In this document: positions 9,406 through 19,101 of the stretch, piece after piece | How positions within the stretch are numbered: the stretch's first letter is position 1 | Layout: the number at the start of each line of letters is the position of its first letter | Source: Leptolyngbyaceae cyanobacterium | GTDB taxonomy: Bacteria; Cyanobacteriota; Cyanobacteriia; Phormidesmidales; Phormidesmidaceae | Reading direction: 5' to 3' | NCBI GenBank assembly: GCA_050331235.1 | Contig: JBHJHA010000039.1 | Span: 1-64,000, forward strand | DNA length: 64,000 nucleotides | Program-made: the position numbers and the translations under genes | The notes under the pieces: generated by a model | The model's input: only the letters and a program-made list of their open reading frames with translations | Databases searched by the model: none | Told to the model about the DNA's origin: nothing

Positions 9406-9906
9406 TCACTCCTGAACGCCGGAAATCGTCGCTAGCGCATGAGCATATGCCTCCAACTCCTTGCGCAATTCTTCTAGCTCAGCGCGGACGGCGGGCTCGT
9501 GTTCCCAGGTTTTTTCATGTTCCTGCGGACTCACACTGCGGTCTTTGTGGGCTTCCCAGGCTTGCAGCAGCGGGTGCCATTTTGACAAGAATGGCCGCAA
9601 AGCTTGATTGAGGACGGCGATCGCAATGCCCCCCACCGATTTTTGAGAAGCCCCCACCCGTGGTCCGGCCTGGCGCAAGATCTCGCGGGTTGAACCAAAC
9701 AAACTGTAGAGCGAGTTCAGCGCTTCGCGGACTGTGCCCTGCTCAGTATCCAAAGATTGCACCGCAATACGCGTTACCAGCTCCACGTACAGCTCCCAAG
9801 CGGCGTTTTGCTCCGTCGGGTCGGCTTCCCATGTGGCAGACGCAATGTTGATAAAGGGCAAGTTCACAGTGACCGATTTGAGCCGAGCGGGGGGTTCTTT
9901 GGGCAT
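9406..9906 (-). CDS. Hypothetical helical protein
   Basis: 166-aa ATG-started ORF with GAGG upstream and protein-like composition (AAWELYVELVTRIA, LNQALRPFLSKWHP). Co-oriented with the TA pair. Confidence 0.75.
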   Translation of the reverse strand: MPKEPPARLKSVTVNLPFINIASATWEADPTEQNAAWELYVELVTRIAVQSLDTEQGTVREALNSLYSLFGSTREILRQAGPRVGASQKSVGGIAIAVLNQALRPFLSKWHPLLQAWEAHKDRSVSPQEHEKTWEHEPAVRAELEELRKELEAYAHALATISGVQE

Positions 9907-10079
9907 GGCTTCACAGAGGAGGATGGCTGACAGGTTATGGAGGCATGGGCAACGATCGCCGCGCAGCTGTATGCCTGATAACGGTGCTTTGATTTTAGGT
10001 CATTCCTCTGTAAGCAAACGCTGGAGCGTCAACCGCTGCAGGGTAGAATCGGACTGGCAAAAAACGGGAGGGAATCACC

Positions 10080-11435
10080 TTGAAAACGCGCGTCATCCTG
10101 GTCAGGCACGGACAAAGCACCTACAACGTTGAGAAGCGCATCCAAGGGCAAATCGACGTTTCAGAATTGACGGATGTCGGCATCGGCCAGGCGCAGCGGG
10201 TCGGCGAAACCCTCAAGGGCGTCACGTTTGATCAGGTGTATGCCAGTCCCCTCAAGCGCGCTTACAAAACCGCCGAAACCATTGTTGGGGTGTTGCGATC
10301 CACCGCACCTGAGACGCCGTTGCCCCAGGCAGACGACCAGCTCAAAGAGATCAATCTGCCGCTCTGGGAGGGCCTTTCGTTTGATGAAGCGGCCGCTCAA
10401 CATCCGGAAATTTATCAGCGCTGGCGACAGGATCCGGTCAACTGCATGATGCCCCTGGCTGACGGCACCGAGTTTTATCCGGTGCGATCGCTCTATGAGC
10501 GCGCCACCCAGTTTTGGCAAACGGTGCTACCTCAGCATCAAGGCCAAACACTCTTGCTAGTCGGCCATAGCGCCATCAATCGAGCGCTAATCGCGACGGC
10601 TCTGGGCCAAGGGCCCGAAATTCATGAGCAGCTCGGCCAGGCGAACTGCGCCATCAGCGTGCTTAACTTTGCGGGCGAGCTCGGCGCGGGCGTCCAGCTG
10701 GAGTCGATGAATTTAACTAGTCATATGGGAGAGGCGTTGCCGGAGATGCGATCGCGCTACAATGGCCCCCGGATGTTGCTGGTGCGCCACTGTGAAACCG
10801 AGTTGAATCGCCAAAAACGCTTTCAGGGTCAAATTGACATTCCCCTCAATGAAAACGGTAAGCGGCAGGGGGGGCAAGCAGCGGAGTTTCTCAGCGCAGT
10901 CAAAATCGATGCGGCGGTCTCCAGCTCTCTCTCGCGACCTAGAGAAACGGCAGAGCTGATTTTGCAGCATCATCCCCATGTCACCCTTGACACCACCGAC
11001 GGTTTGAAAGAAATCGGCCATGGGGAATGGGAGGGCCTCTATGAACACGAAATCGAGTCGGGCTATCCGGGCATGTTGAAGCAGTGGCAAGAACAGCCTG
11101 AAACCATACAGATGCCCGGTGATGGCGGCGAGAGCCTTGAGCAGGTATGGGCGCGGGCGATCGCCACCTGGAGCGACATCGTAGCCCAATACAGCCAGAG
11201 TGAGTCGCCAGTGACTGTGTTGGTATCGGCCCACGACGCTATCAACAAGGCCCTACTTTGTCACGTGGCGGGGCTGGGGCCAGAGTCGTTTTGGCAGTTC
11301 AAGCAGGGCAATGGTGCCGTTAGCGTCATTGACTATCCGGATGGGGTGGAAAGCGCTCCTGTGCTTACGGCAGCCAACCTGACAATGCACCTCTCCGGCA
11401 GCATTTTTGATCAGACGGCGGCAGGGGCGCTGTAG
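10080..11435 (+). CDS. Tandem two-domain histidine phosphatase (phosphoglycerate-mutase family; possible phosphoserine phosphatase)
   Basis: Domain 1 has LVRHGQS, SPLKRA, LKEI and VGH. Domain 2 has LVRHCET, SSLSRP, LKEI and SAH. Confidence 0.9.
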   Translation: MKTRVILVRHGQSTYNVEKRIQGQIDVSELTDVGIGQAQRVGETLKGVTFDQVYASPLKRAYKTAETIVGVLRSTAPETPLPQADDQLKEINLPLWEGLSFDEAAAQHPEIYQRWRQDPVNCMMPLADGTEFYPVRSLYERATQFWQTVLPQHQGQTLLLVGHSAINRALIATALGQGPEIHEQLGQANCAISVLNFAGELGAGVQLESMNLTSHMGEALPEMRSRYNGPRMLLVRHCETELNRQKRFQGQIDIPLNENGKRQGGQAAEFLSAVKIDAAVSSSLSRPRETAELILQHHPHVTLDTTDGLKEIGHGEWEGLYEHEIESGYPGMLKQWQEQPETIQMPGDGGESLEQVWARAIATWSDIVAQYSQSESPVTVLVSAHDAINKALLCHVAGLGPESFWQFKQGNGAVSVIDYPDGVESAPVLTAANLTMHLSGSIFDQTAAGAL

Positions 11436-11547
11436 GTTTATCGGCGCTGCCGGTCGCGGTCCAATAGTTCGTTTGGGTCGTCTCTGGACAATTCTGTCAT
11501 CGTCGCCGAGGATGCTCCGGGGAGGAGTCACAAAAAGGGGGAACGGG

Positions 11548-12837
11548 TTGGCAGGCGTGTTGTTACGAAAGGTGCGGGTGGTTGACCCCGCCTCACAAAC
11601 CGATCAGGTCGCCGATGTGTTGATGACGGGCGGGCGCATTAGCACCATCGCTCCAAATATTGATGTCGATGTCGAGACGGTTGAGGTCATTGACGGTTCC
11701 GGGCACATCTTGGCCCCTGGCTTGATTGATCTCTATAGCCACAGCGGCGAACCGGGTAATGAATCGCGGGAAACCCTGGCTGAACTCATGGCTGGGGCGA
11801 TCGCGGGTGGATTCACGCGGGTGGGCATTTTGCCGAATACAGTCCCGGCTTTAGATACTCCGGCAGCCCTGCGCTACTTTGTGGACACTGCTTGCGAGCT
11901 CGATCAGCTACCGCAGCCGCGACTCTTGCCCTGGGCTGCCCTGACCCGCGGCACCCAAGGGGAAACCCTGACTGAATTGGCAGAGCTAGCTCAGACTAAA
12001 ACCTTTGCCATCGCCGGTTTCACCGATGGCCAGCCAACGACCAATCGAGTTTTGCTCCGACGCCTGTTGGAATATGGTGGCATGTTGTCACAGCCTATCG
12101 CTCTGTGGCCGCGCGATCCTTCCCTCGCCGGCAACGGCATTGCCCGGGCTGGCAGCCTGGCGCTGATGGGCGGTTTGTCTGAGGTGCTGGTAGCCGCTGA
12201 GACAGCCGCCCTGGCGATGATCCTAGAGCTGGTACGAGAGATTGGCACTCCTGTTCATCTGATGCGTCTCTCTACCGCAAGAAGCGTTGACCTCATCAAG
12301 CAGGCCAAAGCCGAGGGGCTGCCGATTACGGCAAGTACCTCTTGGCTGCACCTCCTCTTTTCGACGTTAGATGCCCTGGGCTACGATCCCCATCTGCGGG
12401 TGGAGCCGCCCTTGGGCAATCCCTCAGATCAAGCCGCCCTAATCGCGGGGGTAAAGTCAGGGGTGATTGACGCGATCGCCATTGATCACACCCCCTATAC
12501 CTACGAAGAAAAAACCGCTGCCTTTGGTCAGGCCCCACCGGGAGCCATCGGCTTAGAACTGGCTTTTTCAGCCCTGTGGCAGCGCTTTGTAGCTACTGAG
12601 GAATGGACCGCCATTGAGCTGTTGCGAGCTATGAGCGATCGCCCCGCCACCTGCCTCAATCAGGCTCCCCCCACCGTGCAACAGCGAGCTCCAGTCGAAG
12701 CATTTCTGTTTGACCCCAATCAGGTCTGGACTGTAGATCGCCAAACCTTGCAATCCTCCGCACTGAATACGCCGTTACTCCGTACCTCGCTTAAGGGAAA
12801 AGTTATGTGCGCTTGGAACCAAGCTCTCCACGTTTAA
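11548..12837 (+). CDS. pyrC: Dihydroorotase-like protein (possibly a catalytically inactive PyrC')
   Basis: Amidohydrolase motifs APGLIDLYSHSGEPG, AGGFT, PNTVP, PPLG, IDAIAIDHTP and PGAIGLE. Probable TTG start at 11548. Confidence 0.85.
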   Translation: MAGVLLRKVRVVDPASQTDQVADVLMTGGRISTIAPNIDVDVETVEVIDGSGHILAPGLIDLYSHSGEPGNESRETLAELMAGAIAGGFTRVGILPNTVPALDTPAALRYFVDTACELDQLPQPRLLPWAALTRGTQGETLTELAELAQTKTFAIAGFTDGQPTTNRVLLRRLLEYGGMLSQPIALWPRDPSLAGNGIARAGSLALMGGLSEVLVAAETAALAMILELVREIGTPVHLMRLSTARSVDLIKQAKAEGLPITASTSWLHLLFSTLDALGYDPHLRVEPPLGNPSDQAALIAGVKSGVIDAIAIDHTPYTYEEKTAAFGQAPPGAIGLELAFSALWQRFVATEEWTAIELLRAMSDRPATCLNQAPPTVQQRAPVEAFLFDPNQVWTVDRQTLQSSALNTPLLRTSLKGKVMCAWNQALHV

Positions 12838-13022
12838 TCCTGGGCTCAGGACTGTAAAAGATTTCTGGGGATGCGAGATTTTTTGCCGCGATCGCTTACA
12901 AATGTGGCTGCCTGACCTACGCTAGATGAAAGAAATTTCTCCAGGTTCTTAGCATTTCAGCTTGTGAAAGCAGAGTCTGTGGAAAGATAATCCTCGTGTG
13001 CAAATTCATTACTGCAGTGGCC

Positions 13023-15929
13023 GTGACTGACCCCCAAAGCTATAAAGAAACCGTTCTTCTACCCCAGACGACCTTTGAGATGCGTGCGAACGCGGCCAAA
13101 CGCGAGCCGGAAATTCAACGGTTTTGGCAGGAAAACCAGTTTTACGAGAAGCTGGCGCAAAACAATCCTGGGGAACCGTTTGTTCTCCACGATGGCCCCC
13201 CCTACGCCAACGGTTCACTGCATATCGGCCATGCGATGAACAAGATCCTTAAGGACATCATCAATAAGTACCAAATCTTGCAGGGGCGCAAGGTTCGCTA
13301 CATCCCTGGGTGGGATTGTCACGGCCTACCCATTGAGCTCAAGGTCCTGCAAAATATGGACGCTGAGGCGCGGGCTAAGCTTACTCCTATTAAGCTGCGC
13401 TACAAAGCCAAAACCTTCGCTGAAAAGACCATCAATGACCAGCGGGAAGGCTTCAAGCGCTACGGGGTATGGGGTGATTGGGACGCGCCTTACATGACGT
13501 TGCAGCCAGACTATGAGGCCGCACAAATTGGGGTCTTTGGTCAGATGTACCTCAAAGGCTACATCTATCGGGGACTGAAGTCAGTGCACTGGAGCCCCAC
13601 CTCGCAAACGGCGCTGGCGGAGGCGGAGCTGGAATATCCCGAAAACCACACTTCACCCAGCATTTACGCAGCCTTTCCAATGGTTAAGGCATCAGCGGCG
13701 GCTGAGACCACACTTGCCCCTTATCAGTCAGAACTGGGAGTAGCAATCTGGACGACGACGCCCTGGACGATTCCCGCCAATATGGCAGTCGCGGTGAATG
13801 GTGACTTGACCTACGCCGTGGTAGAAGTGGCCAGCGGTCAGCCGTTCAAATATCTACTCATTGCGAAAGATCTCCAGGCGCGGCTCAGTCAGGTGCTCGG
13901 TAGCGAGCTAGTGCTCAAGGCTGAACTCAAAGGAGCTGATCTAGAGGGCAGCACCTATCGCCATCCTCTCCAAGACCAATTACCGACCGATAAGCGGGGC
14001 GAAACCAGCCCGATGATTGTCGGTGGCGACTACATCACAACCGAATCCGGCACTGGCTTGGTTCACACTGCACCGGGGCATGGTCAAGAAGACTTTGTTG
14101 TTGGGAAGCGGTATGGTTTGCCAGTGTTGTGTCCGGTTGATGAGCGCGGTGATATGACCGACGAAGCGGGTCTCTTTGCGGGCATGAATGTGCTCAAAAA
14201 TGCTAATTCTGCCGTGATCGAAGCCCTAGAACAGGCTGGCTCACTGCTCAAGCATGAGCCTTATCCCCACAAATATCCCTACGATTGGCGGACCAAAAAG
14301 CCGACGATCTTCCGGGCCACGGAGCAGTGGTTTGCCTCGGTAGAGGGATTCCGAGACGAAGCATTGAAGGCCATTAGTGAAGTGAAGTGGATTCCCGCCC
14401 AAGGAGAAAACCGGATTACACCGATGGTAAGCGATCGCGCCGACTGGTGTATCTCGCGCCAGCGGACTTGGGGCGTCCCGATTCCGGTCTTTTACGATTC
14501 CGAAACCCATGAACCGCTAATCAACGAAGAAACGCTCAACTATATCCAGCAGCTCTTTGCAGCAAAAGGCTCCAATGCTTGGTGGGAGCTGCCGATCGAG
14601 GAACTGCTGCCCGCAGCCTACCGCAATAACGGCCGCACCTATGTCAAAGGGATGGACACCATGGATGTCTGGTTCGACTCGGGATCTTCTTGGGCTGCGG
14701 TGGCGCAACATCGTGAGGGCATGAGCTACCCCGTAGAAATGTACCTGGAAGGTTCTGATCAGCACCGGGGTTGGTTTCAGTCCAGCCTGTTAACCAGTGT
14801 CGCCATCAATGGCCATGCGCCCTACCGTCAGGTGCTGACCCACGGCTTTGCGCTGGATGAGCAGGGCCGAAAAATGAGCAAGTCCATTGGTAACGTGGTC
14901 GATCCGCGTGTGGTGATCGAAGGCGGCAAAAACCAGAAAAAGGAACCGGCCTATGGTGCCGACGTTCTCCGTTTGTGGGTGTCGTCAGTGGATTACTCTT
15001 CGGACGTGCCCCTAGGCGGCAACATCCTGAAGCAAATGGCGGACGTGTATCGCAAGATTCGCAACACTGCCCGGTTTCTGTTGGGCAACCTCAATGATTT
15101 TGATCCGGCCCAGGCTGCCGTTGCCTACAGCGATCTGCCGGAGCTCGATCAATACATGCTGCATCGGGTGACTGAGGTGTTTGATGAGGTCACCGACGCA
15201 TTCAACACCTATCAGTTTTTCCGTTTTTTCCAGACGGTGCAAAATTTTTGCGTGGTCGACCTCTCCAACTTTTATCTTGATGCGGCTAAGGATCGGCTCT
15301 ATATCAGCGACGCTAATTCCCCTCGTCGTCGCAGTTGTCAGACGGTGCTGGCAGTGGTGATTGAAAACCTGGCCAAGGCGATCGCGCCGGTGCTGTCTCA
15401 CATGGCGGAAGATATTTGGCAAAATCTGCCCTACGACGCTCCGACGCAATCGGTATTTGAAGCCGGTTGGGTCACTCTAGAGGCAACCTGGCGACAGCCG
15501 GCGTTGGCAGACAAGTGGACTCAACTGCGGGAAGTGCGGCAGGAGGTCAACAAGGTTCTAGAGCAGGCCCGTTCCGAAAAGGCAATTGGGTCTTCGTTAG
15601 AAGCTAAAGTGCTGCTCTATGTAGCCGATACTGAGCTACGCCAAACCCTCAACGCGATGAATCCAGAGGAGGCGGTGGCTTCTAACAGTCTTCATGTGGA
15701 TGAGCTTCGCTATCTTTTCCTGGTATCCCAAGTGGAGGTGCTGGAAACACCTAGCAAGCTGACGGCGGCCAAATTCAGCAGTGAGGCAGACCACATTGGC
15801 GTGGGTGTGGTGGATGCCGATGGAGAGAAGTGCGATCGCTGTTGGAACTACTCCACCACCGTCGGAGAGTCGAGTGAGCATCCTACCATCTGCGATCGCT
15901 GCGTTGAGGCATTGGCGGGTCAGTTCTAA
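13023..15929 (+). CDS. ileS: Isoleucine--tRNA ligase
   Basis: HDGPPYANGSLHIGH, WTTTPWT, GTGLVH, DWCISRQR, KMSKS and a C-terminal Zn finger CDRCW...CDRC. Confidence 0.98.
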   Translation: MTDPQSYKETVLLPQTTFEMRANAAKREPEIQRFWQENQFYEKLAQNNPGEPFVLHDGPPYANGSLHIGHAMNKILKDIINKYQILQGRKVRYIPGWDCHGLPIELKVLQNMDAEARAKLTPIKLRYKAKTFAEKTINDQREGFKRYGVWGDWDAPYMTLQPDYEAAQIGVFGQMYLKGYIYRGLKSVHWSPTSQTALAEAELEYPENHTSPSIYAAFPMVKASAAAETTLAPYQSELGVAIWTTTPWTIPANMAVAVNGDLTYAVVEVASGQPFKYLLIAKDLQARLSQVLGSELVLKAELKGADLEGSTYRHPLQDQLPTDKRGETSPMIVGGDYITTESGTGLVHTAPGHGQEDFVVGKRYGLPVLCPVDERGDMTDEAGLFAGMNVLKNANSAVIEALEQAGSLLKHEPYPHKYPYDWRTKKPTIFRATEQWFASVEGFRDEALKAISEVKWIPAQGENRITPMVSDRADWCISRQRTWGVPIPVFYDSETHEPLINEETLNYIQQLFAAKGSNAWWELPIEELLPAAYRNNGRTYVKGMDTMDVWFDSGSSWAAVAQHREGMSYPVEMYLEGSDQHRGWFQSSLLTSVAINGHAPYRQVLTHGFALDEQGRKMSKSIGNVVDPRVVIEGGKNQKKEPAYGADVLRLWVSSVDYSSDVPLGGNILKQMADVYRKIRNTARFLLGNLNDFDPAQAAVAYSDLPELDQYMLHRVTEVFDEVTDAFNTYQFFRFFQTVQNFCVVDLSNFYLDAAKDRLYISDANSPRRRSCQTVLAVVIENLAKAIAPVLSHMAEDIWQNLPYDAPTQSVFEAGWVTLEATWRQPALADKWTQLREVRQEVNKVLEQARSEKAIGSSLEAKVLLYVADTELRQTLNAMNPEEAVASNSLHVDELRYLFLVSQVEVLETPSKLTAAKFSSEADHIGVGVVDADGEKCDRCWNYSTTVGESSEHPTICDRCVEALAGQF

Positions 15930-16002
15930 ACCTCGTTGAGTAGTCCACACCGTTGGTGGGTAATTGAGGACCTCGATAGATGATCTCCGGTCCCAGACTC
16001 CC

Positions 16003-16158
16003 ATGACACTGGCGGAGTTTCTGGCCTCTCCGGCAGCTGGCGATCGCTGCGAGTTCGTCGATGGACAGGTGGTTTCTAAAGTGGCACCCAAACGGCTTCA
16101 TGCTCGAACGCAGAGGAACGAAGGTTTGTCTACTCAGAGGTCGTCGTCGGCAGCGTGA
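16003..16158 (+). pseudogene. N-terminal remnant of a Uma2-family endonuclease
   Basis: MTLAEFLA...RCEFVDGQVVSKVAPKRLHARTQ is a typical Uma2 N-terminus. Similarity ends where it meets the convergent kinase gene. Confidence 0.7.
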
Positions 16159-16897
16159 TCTGTAGGCGGGTGCCGCCTGGCTCGGTTCCCGAAATGATGC
16201 TTAACTGCCCTGTCATGGCTGTGAGCATTGCGTGGACTAAAGCCATGCGCAAGCTGGCGGACAGCCTATCATCCAGGGTGAACTCGGCTGGCGCTGGGAG
16301 CTCAATCGGCTCTTGCCAGAGAGTTGTCGAGCGGTCATCCTCTAACCACAATTGGCAGTAGGAACTATTCTCTACTGGGGCGCTTCGGAGACGAATGGTG
16401 CCGCGATCGCCCCCCGCAATCGCCCCCTCGATTAACATCACCAGGAGATTTCGCAACCAGGTGGGATCAGCCGCTGCGTGGTGATCTGTGCTTGGCGATT
16501 CGACCACAAGACGTAAGTTTCGATCCGCCATCTGTACCTCGGTCAAGGCTTTGACGCGATCAAATATCGCCGCCAAAGAAACTGTTTGGATTTGGGGCGC
16601 TAATCGCCCCATCTCGATCTTCGAAACGCGAATCATCAAGTCCAGGTATGCCAACATCTTTAAGGATGCGGCATGGGCATCGGCAACAAACTGATGCTCT
16701 TCCTCAATGTCATCACACAGCCCTTCGAGAATCATCTGCTGCAGACTAATAATTTGGTTGAGGGGCGATCTCAGTTCGTGGGCAGTACGCATTAAGAAAC
16801 CGCCCTTAAAGCTCGCCATTTCCAAGGCTTGATAATAGGCCATCTGCCAGTCTCTACCCGGCTCTGACGGCCTGCCTGACGCTGTCGAATTCGCCAT
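16130..16897 (-). CDS. Sensorless histidine-kinase-like protein with a degenerate HATPase domain
   Basis: H-box FLMRTAHELRSPLN and RVSKIEMG are present. The N and G boxes are degenerate; GGT remains at the end. Confidence 0.8.
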   Translation of the reverse strand: MANSTASGRPSEPGRDWQMAYYQALEMASFKGGFLMRTAHELRSPLNQIISLQQMILEGLCDDIEEEHQFVADAHAASLKMLAYLDLMIRVSKIEMGRLAPQIQTVSLAAIFDRVKALTEVQMADRNLRLVVESPSTDHHAAADPTWLRNLLVMLIEGAIAGGDRGTIRLRSAPVENSSYCQLWLEDDRSTTLWQEPIELPAPAEFTLDDRLSASLRMALVHAMLTAMTGQLSIISGTEPGGTRLQITLPTTTSE

Positions 16898-17059
16898 CCC
16901 AACATCCTGTCATTTTCGCCTCTCAAGCCTAAAGCCTATCTCAGCCGATTCGGCGAGTTGCAATGTTGTCTTACAAAAACCACAGATAAAGCATAGTTGA
17001 GGTGCCATCCAGCTCTCCAACCGTGGTGTGGCGTTCCTCGACCTTCATCGATTTGACGG

Positions 17060-17677
17060 CTAAGGCTCTACGGTGACTGCGCCCTGCCGGATTAGCTGCC
17101 AGCCCCCTGACTGCCAACGGATGACCGTTGAGGGAATCCCGGAAGCGGTGAGGGCAAAATCGCCTAGTTGACCCTTGAGCGCAGCGATCGCCGCCGGAGA
17201 AAGGAGCAACAATTCAGGAAAGTGAGCGGCAATTTCCTCAGGGCGCTCCAGCGCTGGTTGACCAGAGCGATTAACGCTGGTTGTAGCCAGTGGCCCCGTC
17301 TGCGAGAGAATATGGCGTGCGAGGACATGGCCAGGCACCCGGATCCCAATCGTGCCAGTTTGCTGAGGGTTGATCTGCGGCGGTACGAGATCGCTGGCTG
17401 GCAACACTAGGGTGAGCGCACCCGGCCAATATTGGTCCGTCAACTGCTGCCAAGTCGCAATTTCGTCAGCCGTGCCCACCACATAGGGCAATAGGTCGGC
17501 CAAAGTCGCCCCCATCAAAATGAGCGGTTTGTCACGAGGGCGCTGTTTGAGCGCATAGATGCGATCTCCCTGGTCCGGCCGCGCTGCCACCGCTGGTACC
17601 GTATCGGTCGGAAAGCTGGCTAGCGCCTCCCCTGATTGAGTCTGCTGCACCAATTTGTTTAAAGAAACCTGCGGCAT
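17060..17677 (-). CDS. tsaC: L-threonylcarbamoyladenylate synthase (Sua5/YrdC/TsaC)
   Basis: FPTDTV, IYALKQRPRDKPL, WPGALTLVL, GIRVP, TSVNRSG and PSTVI. Confidence 0.93.
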   Translation of the reverse strand: MPQVSLNKLVQQTQSGEALASFPTDTVPAVAARPDQGDRIYALKQRPRDKPLILMGATLADLLPYVVGTADEIATWQQLTDQYWPGALTLVLPASDLVPPQINPQQTGTIGIRVPGHVLARHILSQTGPLATTSVNRSGQPALERPEEIAAHFPELLLLSPAAIAALKGQLGDFALTASGIPSTVIRWQSGGWQLIRQGAVTVEP

Positions 17678-17780
17678 ACGTCACCACCAACCTGCCAAAA
17701 TAAATCACAGCGATCGCGCTTAGATACCATCGCTTCCAATTATTCAATCGTTTTTGAGGGAATTTCACCAGGAGGCCATT

Positions 17781-18998
17781 ACGCTACCGTCAGATCTGCT
17801 CATTCATCGCTATGTCGGTGAGTCAATACAACCTAAACGATTGCCGCTGAATGAAAAAATGAGGGCGATCGCCGATGACTTTATTGGCATTTTTCAGGCC
17901 CATGTGGGTCAACCCCAACATCAGCTCAATCGACAGCTCCAAGTCCTCGAGGGGGAAGATACCGACTATCGGATCAAGCGGGGCCTAGCCCACATATTGC
18001 GGTCTAGCTTTAGCACCTTTGAACCCGTCAGTCCTCTGGAACCGCTGATGCTGCGCGAGCGAGCCTTTACCCTAGCGAGCCGTACGATTCCCAGTGCGGC
18101 AGCCACTGAGCGCCATTTGCAAACCCTCGCGACCCAATTGAGCCACGAGCTGGACCGTGAGGTCTCCCCGGCTGATATTCGGCACGGGCTTTATGCCGAT
18201 CTCAAGGAAAACCACATTCTGACAGCCTTTGATGCGCCTGCGGCAGATGCCTTGCTCCACCGCTATAATCTGTCCCAGGTGCAGGGGGTCTTTTACAAAG
18301 CCACTCAGGTCAAGCTGCAGGCCTATCGCAATGATCCCGGCGAGTATAAGCTTCTGTTTCGCTATCTCAAGTTGTTTCGCCTGATGACCTACATCGAGGG
18401 AGATGCCGACCAGGGATTCACTATCGAGATTGATGGGCCCACCAGCTTATTTAAGCCCAGCACTCGCTATGGGCTCGATATGGCTAAGCTGATTCCTGCC
18501 ATTTTGCGCGTGACCCGTTGGCAGGTAGCGGCGCTGCTGGTAATGCGCGATCGCTACACCCGACAACTGCGCGAGCGACAGTTTACCCTAGCCTCTGACT
18601 GTGGCCTCGTTTCCCACTATCCCCCCGGCAAGCCCTATGACAGTATGCTGGAAGAATCGTTTGCGAATCGCTGGCCCCACAACAAGACCGACTGGCAACT
18701 AGAGCGAGAGGTCGATTTGATCCCGATTCCCGGCAGCGTCATGATTCCTGATTTCCGACTCGTCCATCCTGATGGCCGGGAATATCTGTTAGAGATTGTT
18801 GGGTACTGGCGGCCTGAGTACCTGCGTAAAAAAGTTGCCCAGGTTCGCAAGGCCGAATCCCAAAACCTCATTTTGGCGGTCTCAGAGCGACTGAATTTGG
18901 GTAAAGCGGGGGTCGATGTGACCAAGGTCCCGGCTCAAATCGTCTGGATCAAAAATAAATTGACGCCCAAACTGATACTAGACTGTCTCGAAGGGTAA
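17781..18998 (+). CDS. DUF790 family protein (Bax1-like predicted endonuclease)
   Basis: LPSDLL N-terminus, LYADL, RYNLSQVQG, DGPTSLF, YDSMLE and a PD-(D/E)xK-like IPDF...LEIVGYW. The apparent start codon is ACG after AGGAGG. Confidence 0.85.
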   Translation, partial: TLPSDLLIHRYVGESIQPKRLPLNEKMRAIADDFIGIFQAHVGQPQHQLNRQLQVLEGEDTDYRIKRGLAHILRSSFSTFEPVSPLEPLMLRERAFTLASRTIPSAAATERHLQTLATQLSHELDREVSPADIRHGLYADLKENHILTAFDAPAADALLHRYNLSQVQGVFYKATQVKLQAYRNDPGEYKLLFRYLKLFRLMTYIEGDADQGFTIEIDGPTSLFKPSTRYGLDMAKLIPAILRVTRWQVAALLVMRDRYTRQLRERQFTLASDCGLVSHYPPGKPYDSMLEESFANRWPHNKTDWQLEREVDLIPIPGSVMIPDFRLVHPDGREYLLEIVGYWRPEYLRKKVAQVRKAESQNLILAVSERLNLGKAGVDVTKVPAQIVWIKNKLTPKLILDCLEG

Positions 18999-19101
18999 AG
19001 TTATGCTTAGCTAGCCTTGGGAATCTCCGTTTGAATGTTCTTGAACTCAGGAGATTGGCCATAATACACTGAGAGCGAGTGCCCGGAGCAAGTTCAACAG
19101 C

